Positions 57,140-64,000 of a stretch of 64,000 nucleotides of DNA are shown here, piece by piece (positions within the stretch are counted from its first letter, which is position 1; every line of letters starts with the position of its first letter). Both the position numbers and the translations under genes were made by a program. The notes under the pieces are model-generated. The model did not search any database and was not told where the DNA came from. It saw only the letters and a program-made list of their open reading frames with translations. The DNA is taken from assembly GCF_006345805.1 (NCBI RefSeq), contig NC_043009.1:5456001-5520000 (forward strand). The letters run 5' to 3'. The stretch is from Octopus sinensis. Its lineage: Eukaryota.

Positions 57140-57419
57140 TACATATAATGTATATATGCGCATATATACGCACAGAGACACACGTACACATACACACACA
57201 TATACATACATATAAACATATACATGTATGCATAGTCACACACATGCAAACACGTATATAGTACACAAACAGACGCATATATATCCTTCATTCTATCCAT
57301 CTATACATACATACATAGATACATACATACATACATACATACATACATACATACATACATACATACATACATACATACATACATACATACATACATACAT
57401 ACATACATACGTATTTCTT

Positions 57420-57870
57420 TTGGTGTGCATATAAGAGAAAGTGTGTAAATTACAAAATAGAAATGATTCTCATAAAAGAATTCTGTTGTGTTAAACTCCC
57501 GAAACTGATATTTGGTAATAAATATATCGCTGTTTCTTATAGTTTCCATATTTTGGCATTTGCTTTTCTTTCACATATCTTTTCATAGACAAAATGTCTG
57601 CCAAATCGCATTTTATTTTAACAGATGCCAAAGCAGACCACCAGCAGTATCATTGGATTACAAATATTACCATATATTATCTATTCTATAGGGACATTCG
57701 GCTTTGTTCTTATTCCACCGAGAGAATAGAAAAAAAACTCACAAATGTCTTTGTTTGAATTAGAAATTATTATACGTAAATATAATGTTTTTTCTCTCTT
57801 CATTGTTTCTATATTCAGCAGTGATGGTCAGCCGTATTTTCATCGGTAATTCATTAGTTCTAACAATCAC
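57420..57870 (+). repeat. Unclassified old repeat, copy 1
   Basis: Collinear with 61465-61830 (ATAGTTTCCATA, CATAG.CAAAATGTCTGC.AA..CGCATTT, CTTTGTTCTT.TTCC). Confidence 0.65.
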
Positions 57871-58149
57871 TCCAAATTTGTACTGCTAATTGGTTCAGTG
57901 CACTACATAGAACTCTTTATATGTCTATTGTATATCTATGTGTCTGTCTGTCTCATTCTCCCACTATCTATCCATCTATTTCCATACCTACCTACCTACC
58001 TACCTACCTACTACCTATTTTTCGTGGTTTGTGGTTTGACTGCCCTTTTTTAGCCTGTAAGAAGACCATTTATTTGTCTTCTCTCCGTGTATAAATTTTT
58101 ATATACTCATATATATTTGTGTACATATATAATATATATTATATATATA

Positions 58150-58180
<31 letters not shown>

Positions 58181-58256
58181 CATATATTTAAAAAAGGAAA
58201 AGAAAATGGAGATTACGAAGTTACATTTACATATATATATATATATGCATGTATAT

Positions 58257-58288
<32 letters not shown>

Positions 58289-58456
58289 ATATGTATATAT
58301 ATATGTATATATATATGTATCTATGTATGTGTATGTATGCATGTATATATATATATAGAGAGAGAGAGAGAGGGAGAGATAAATAGATAGATAGATATAG
58401 ATATAGATATAGATAGATAGATACATAGATATAGATATATACATATACAGGTAGAT

Positions 58457-58710
58457 GGAGGAGCGTTGCGTAGTGCTTAGGGTGTCAGCAACATGACTGA
58501 TTGTGGTTTCGATTCTTGGACCGGGCGACGCGTTGTGTTCTTGAGCAAAACACTTCTTTTGTCCTTGGTCCAGTCTACTCAGATGGCAAAAATGAGTAAC
58601 GCTGAAATCGACTGCCATCCCGTCTAGGTGGAAAAACATACGCCATGTCAACCGGAAAACGGGGCCCATGATACTGGCTAGGCTTTAAAAAGGGCGCATT
58701 TATTTTTTAT
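58457..58710 (+). mobile_element. tRNA-derived SINE, head B + tail Z
   Basis: Homologous to 54155-54395. Confidence 0.82.
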
Positions 58711-58988
58711 TTTGTATACAGGTAGTGCAAAAGTAGGTATGCATTATGTATCACATGAATGTTATGATAATTAATTCATTAAAATTATTAACACATTAAA
58801 TCAAGTAGCTTCATTTTTTGATATTTTCAGTATCATTAATCATAATAATACTTTTATCGTAACTTTTTATGTTTTTGATAAAAATATATGAGTAGTGTGT
58901 TTTTTTCCCAACAGTATATCTACCTTTTCACCACCATTTATATATATATATTATATATATATATATATATATACACATACATACATAT

Positions 58989-59053
<65 letters not shown>

Positions 59054-59744
59054 ATATATATATATAATATGTCAAATATATATATGTATAGATGTATGTA
59101 TACATATATGTATGTATGTACATATATACATACATACATACATAATACATACATACATACATACATACATACATACATACATACATACATACATACATAC
59201 GTATATATGTGAATGGTGAGATGGGAATTATTGAACATGTATTAAAGGTCTGGATACTTTTTCTGGAGACTAATGAAAGCTTTATGGTAAAGAAACTCAC
59301 AAAATAATAGAAAAACACACATATGAAATCAGGGTTTCCTGGTTACAATATCAAATTTTCTATGCCATCTTTGAAACGGATCATGGGATACAATGATTCA
59401 TGATGTCCCTTTGTTTATGTAATTAGTATTTGATATAAACATATGTTATATATGTTGATAGAAACATATGTTCTTTACATGCTCGACAGACTACAACAGG
59501 AAAATCTATTTTTCTTTATGAGTATATTGTACAATTGTACGCCTCTAGCGAAGGTAATTCAATAGTTGTTCATTTAAATATCATAATTTACTCCCTTTGT
59601 TATTGAAATGTTAAGGCAAGTGATGAAATGTGAAATGCGTCAGCATTTCACATAGTTTCAGAGATTAATAGAACCAGTTTTCATTTATGTTGCAAGGCAA
59701 ATCATGGGTTCAAATTTGAATTTAATACAGTTTCCTTTTCTATT

Positions 59745-59945
59745 TGTTTCAGACATTTGACTGCGATCATACTGGAGCGCCGCCTTGATGGGTTTAGCTG
59801 AACAACAGACGCGAGTACTTATTTTTTAATGTCATTTATTTATTCTGTCGGTGTTTTGGCCGAACAGCAGTGTTACGGGCTCGTAAACAACCCAGTATCG
59901 GTTCGTAAGCGGTGATGAGGGACAGACGCTTGCACAAAGACAGAA
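59745..59945 (-). mobile_element. SINE family C 3' half
   Basis: CATTTGACTGCGATCATACTGGAGC and GGCCGAACAGC motifs. Confidence 0.6.
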
Positions 59946-60522
59946 ACGCATACACACACACACACACAGACATATATTAATGATTAATGAGGGAGTCTGA
60001 AGATGGAAGATACGAGAATATTTATTAATCACTACAGCTGTTTCGATTCATCTAGCACATAACAAACATAGAAACACAGAATCTGCGATCTAGGAAAACA
60101 TACGAGAAAGTCAACTCGTTACTCTAATTACACCAAACAAGTCAACGAATAAATTTAGTATATAAATAAACGACCTTACGTTTCTGACTGTCCATTGTTC
60201 CGGGTATATTTACCTATTATACCTTTGCCCACGAATTGAATTTCATTGAATTCCCGATGGAGGCATAGATGAAATAGTAAGACTAGTTTGCAAATCGCAC
60301 ATTATCCAATGTTGTAATTTCTTACTCATCTAACATTTATTTATAAACGACTTCTATTAGGAAATATAACACGTTTAATGTACATGCTCTACATTTCACA
60401 ACGGCTGCTTTCACAACGGATGCACTCTGAAAAATGAACTTATATTAATACATACAACTATTGCTCTTCCGTTGATATTCTTGACGTGTGCTAAAATTTT
60501 AAACCTTCATATATATTATAGT

Positions 60523-60670
60523 AAGGCGGCACCATTAGCGTCATTTTGTCTGCATTTACGTTATGAGTTCAAATGGCACCGAAGTAGACTTTGATTTTCA
60601 CGTTTTCAGAATCAATAAAATAAGTACCACTTGAATACTGGGGTCGATGTAATCGACTTATCCACTTTCT
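60523..60670 (+). mobile_element. SINE family M fragment
   Basis: AAAATAAGTACC..TACTGGGGTCGATGTAATCGACTT. Confidence 0.65.
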
Positions 60671-60732
60671 CGATATCTCTGGATGTGTACCAAACCTCGA
60701 ATCCAACATATACTGTCATTCTCTTCGCTTAC

Positions 60733-60786
<54 letters not shown>

Positions 60787-60800
60787 GTGTGTGTGGGTAT

Positions 60801-60861
<61 letters not shown>

Positions 60862-60866
<5 letters not shown>

Positions 60867-61045
60867 TCCAAACAAGAAAGCACAAAAAGACACAACGCGA
60901 GGACGTGGAACAAATATAGTATTATTGGACTCTCGGGAAAGAAGGGAAGAAGTAGGGTTTAACGTTTCGAGCGGAGCTCTTCGTCGGAAACATAGGAGAA
61001 GGAAAGATCCAGAGAAGGGAAGACAGAGGAAAAAAAATCTCCAAC
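60862..61045 (-). mobile_element. F2 element with well-formed HHR (60957-60991), ends at (TA)n
   Basis: Reverse strand GTTT-CCGACGA-A-GAGC-TCC-GCTC-GAAACGT-T-AAAC. Confidence 0.75.
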
Positions 61046-61139
61046 GTTACACACGAGGTCACACACATGCGCATACAACACACATTCATATATATATATA
61101 TATAGCAGCAAAATTAAGGAACGGCCATAATAGGCCATT

Positions 61140-61175
<36 letters not shown>

Positions 61176-61189
61176 CAAACGTATATATG

Positions 61190-61249
<60 letters not shown>

Positions 61250-61464
61250 CATACATACATACATACATACATACATACATACATACATACATACACACAT
61301 ATATATATGCATGCGTTTTAGCATTGGCAAACAAGCGCATGTGAATTGGAACATAATTGTGTCACTCTTTTTACGTATAAGTATATGTTTATATTCACAT
61401 AAATCTGTTTATTTTACTAAGTATTTGTGCTTCTTTAAACAAGTGTTAAAATATGAACGTGTAT

Positions 61465-61830
61465 GTGTTGGAGAAAAAAAAATTAGCAAAACCAAAAATT
61501 AAAAAAAAATCTCATCACACAAAGCAATCCATTTGTGTCAAAAATTTAATATCTCAAATTTGGTAGCATGATGTTATTTGCTAATATAGTTTCCATACTT
61601 TGGTGTTTGTTTTCCTTTGACATTTCTTCTCATAGTCAAAATGTCTGCGAAAGCGCATTTTCCATTTTCTACTGGGACAGTTGTCTTTGTTCTTGTTCCT
61701 TTGAGAAAAAAAAAATTACAAATGCTTCTGTTTACTTGAAGAAGAAATTCTCAAATGTAAGTGGAATTTTTCTGTTTCTTCCAGTTGGTTTTAATGACAA
61801 CAAACTCTCCACATTCTATTGTATGTGTTT
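61465..61830 (+). repeat. Unclassified old repeat, copy 2
   Basis: See 57420-57870. Confidence 0.65.
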
Positions 61831-62056
61831 CTTTAGATATTCAACGCTATTACAGGGTAATGTCTTTCTTAATTACAAGCTTCATCGCAGTCCGTCAAAT
61901 TAATTCAAATCATATAAACATAAGATGACATACATTTTTCAAATTGCTTTCCTCACTTATGGACCTCAACACAATTTATTTGAAATTTGAAACTTTTAGT
62001 TCCTGAGAATGTTTAGCATTCCATAATTAGCTGCTTGAGAATAACCTAACTTTTCT

Positions 62057-62121
<65 letters not shown>

Positions 62122-62122
62122 A

Positions 62123-62192
<70 letters not shown>

Positions 62193-62193
62193 C

Positions 62194-62266
<73 letters not shown>

Positions 62267-62267
62267 C
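62057..62267. repeat. (CTAT)n microsatellite
   Basis: Directly visible. Confidence 0.97.
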
Positions 62268-62357
62268 AATTATCTCTCTAAGTGTTTATCTATCTCTGAC
62301 CCCTTTATTCAAGAATATGTGTATTTAATTCATATATATATATATATATGAATTAAA

Positions 62358-62868
62358 CAACAGGTTGTAGGGAGTGCCACGTGGATAAATCATTTGGTAG
62401 GACAGAAAGAACAAAACATAATATGCGAGAAAATAGACGATAGCACGACAAACGGCAAAACAGGACAAACACTATATACACGACTCATCCGCAGCTGATT
62501 TCCTCATCAGTCGGAGTTCCCTGCAGCTTTACGTGTATATTTTTGGATTTCTCGCTTTTACTTCGGTCCTTGTTTTCGTTCTTGTATACATTCGTTTGCC
62601 TTTTCCCAGAGGCTTATTGCTTTTAGCTTACGTCCCTGGCATCCCCCGGATTCGAGTAGTCTTGGAGATAAGGGGGCGAAACTACAAGGACCTCCCGGAC
62701 TCCGACTGACGAGGAAAGCGGCCCCGAATGATCGATGTATCTTGTTTATGTCCTGTTTGTCGTGCTATCGACTATTCTTCTGCATATTACGTGTTGTTAG
62801 TTTCCGTTTGTTGTGTTCTTTCTGTCCTACGTTTGATTAACCCTTGCGGCGTTCCGTACAACCTGTTG
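62358..62868. repeat. Diverged ~165-bp inverted repeat (62358-62517 / 62699-62868)
   Basis: Arms share CAACAGGTTGTA, GTAGGACAGAAAGAAC, CGATAGCACGACAAAC and ACTCCGACTGAYGAGGAAA. Confidence 0.75.
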
Positions 62869-63362
62869 TTTGCTTTGTTAAAAAAATATCACTTGAATAT
62901 TATGAACTCCTTTCACCCTCTGTTCCTCGGTTTTCTCCCTTATTCCTTCCTTCTCTCTCTCTCTCTTCCCCTCCCCTCGTCCTTCAGTCCCTCTTTCTCT
63001 GCCTCTCTTCCCCTCCCTCTCGTTCTTAAGTCCCTCTGATTCCTTTACCCTCTATCATATTCCTTAGTCCCTCTGCCCTTTTCATCTCCTCCCATCTCCT
63101 ACCACGTGATCGCTGTCCGGATACGGTATTGTTATTTTTCGACCAGCCACCTTTCAGGTTGGTCACATTCATCTGTCCCGTCGCCCGATCTGTTAAGATT
63201 TTCCACTTTTCCTTTGTGCCAGCTTACTTTGTTCGTCTGATAGACGAAATACTATTTTTGTTATTTATTTATCTTGTAAACAGAAAGGCATTTACCATTG
63301 TATATGTATGTCTTTTTCTATTGTACTTGCATTTGTATTTCATAACGCTATATTCGCCCCAG

Positions 63363-63763
63363 CTGGCAGGGGTCATTGCCTACCCTTTCCAAATATAAGG
63401 ACACAGAAAATGTGTCAAAGCCGACAGGAGACGTCGATGTTTTCTGACGGGACAGTCACATTGAGTTGATAGTATACGACCACTATATCGCTCCACCACT
63501 CATGTCTCTTTGAGATATTTAGAAATTCAATATTTCTAATTTCGGTGATCAGTAAATAAATTTTACTGAAAATAGGATATATTTGCGAAGAGGTTGCAGT
63601 CATCTCAGCGAGCGAGACTGACTACCCTGGACTGACGACGAGCAATAGACTCAGAAACATATGTCTTCAGGTGCTAGTTCCATCTGGCGGGGGTGATTGC
63701 CTCCCCTTTGCAAATATAAGGTCACAGAAAATGTGTCAAAGCCGACAGGAGACGTCGATGTTT
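63363..63763 (+). repeat. 80-bp direct repeats 321 bp apart, bracketing an HHR (retrozyme/pLTR-like unit)
   Basis: 63363-63442 versus 63684-63763, 5 mismatches by eye. Confidence 0.85.
63626..63671 (+). ncRNA. Minimal type I hammerhead ribozyme (family F5), predicted GUC cleavage after 63665
   Basis: Stem I CCTGGA/TTCAGG (6 bp, one G-U); CTGACGA 63632-63638; stem II GAG/CTC; GAAA 63654-63657; palindromic stem III ACATATGT; C17. Confidence 0.8.
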
Positions 63764-63802
63764 CCTAGGGCTAAATGGCAGTGGTGTAATTCCCTTACGG
63801 GT

Positions 63803-64000
63803 GGAAGCGCAATGGCCCAGTGGTTAGGGCAGCGGACTCGCGGTCATAGGATCGCGGTTCCGATTCCTAGACCGGGCGTTGTGAGTGTTTATTGAGCGAA
63901 AACACCTAAAGCTCCACGAGGCTCCGGCAGGGGATGGTGGTGATCCCTGCTGTGCTCTTTCACCACAACTTTCTCTCACTCTTACTTCCTGTTTCTGTTG
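63803..64000 (+). mobile_element. tRNA-derived SINE head A (runs off window)
   Basis: GGAAGCGCAATGGCCCAGTGGTTAGGGCAGCGGACTCGCGGTC...GTTCCGATTCC. Confidence 0.88.

Noticed and set aside
62655-62690. GTAGTC...GAAACTAC resembling a type III hammerhead
   Set aside because: Only 16 nt separate the GUC from GAAA, too few for stem I, the core and stem II.
63421-63445. Minus-strand GAAACATCGACGTC resembling an HHR 3' half
   Set aside because: No upstream CUGANGA in either repeat copy.

Overview
This is 64 kb of very AT-rich, microsatellite-dense eukaryotic DNA; the repeat types suggest an octopus/cephalopod genome (inference). I could not support any host protein-coding gene, and nearly all ORF-track hits are microsatellite translations. 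The main feature is a young Penelope-like retroelement (PLE) of Naiad type at 2566-6565 (+), inserted in a (TA)n tract. It has an RT + GIY-YIG ORF broken only by four 1-bp indels in short homopolymers. It also has near-identical pseudo-LTRs (one inverted at the 5' end), each carrying a minimal type I hammerhead ribozyme (HHR). By eye I find 13 HHR or HHR-like motifs in 5 sequence families. These include short non-coding HHR-bearing elements and a 321-nt retrozyme-like unit at 63.4-63.8 kb. The rest is tRNA-derived SINEs (with head/tail swapping and a recent 4-copy array), R4/Dong-type and CR1-type LINE remnants, maT and mariner DNA-transposon relics (one a foldback made of two right ends), and simple repeats. 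All alignments and RNA folds were done by eye; no search or folding program was run.
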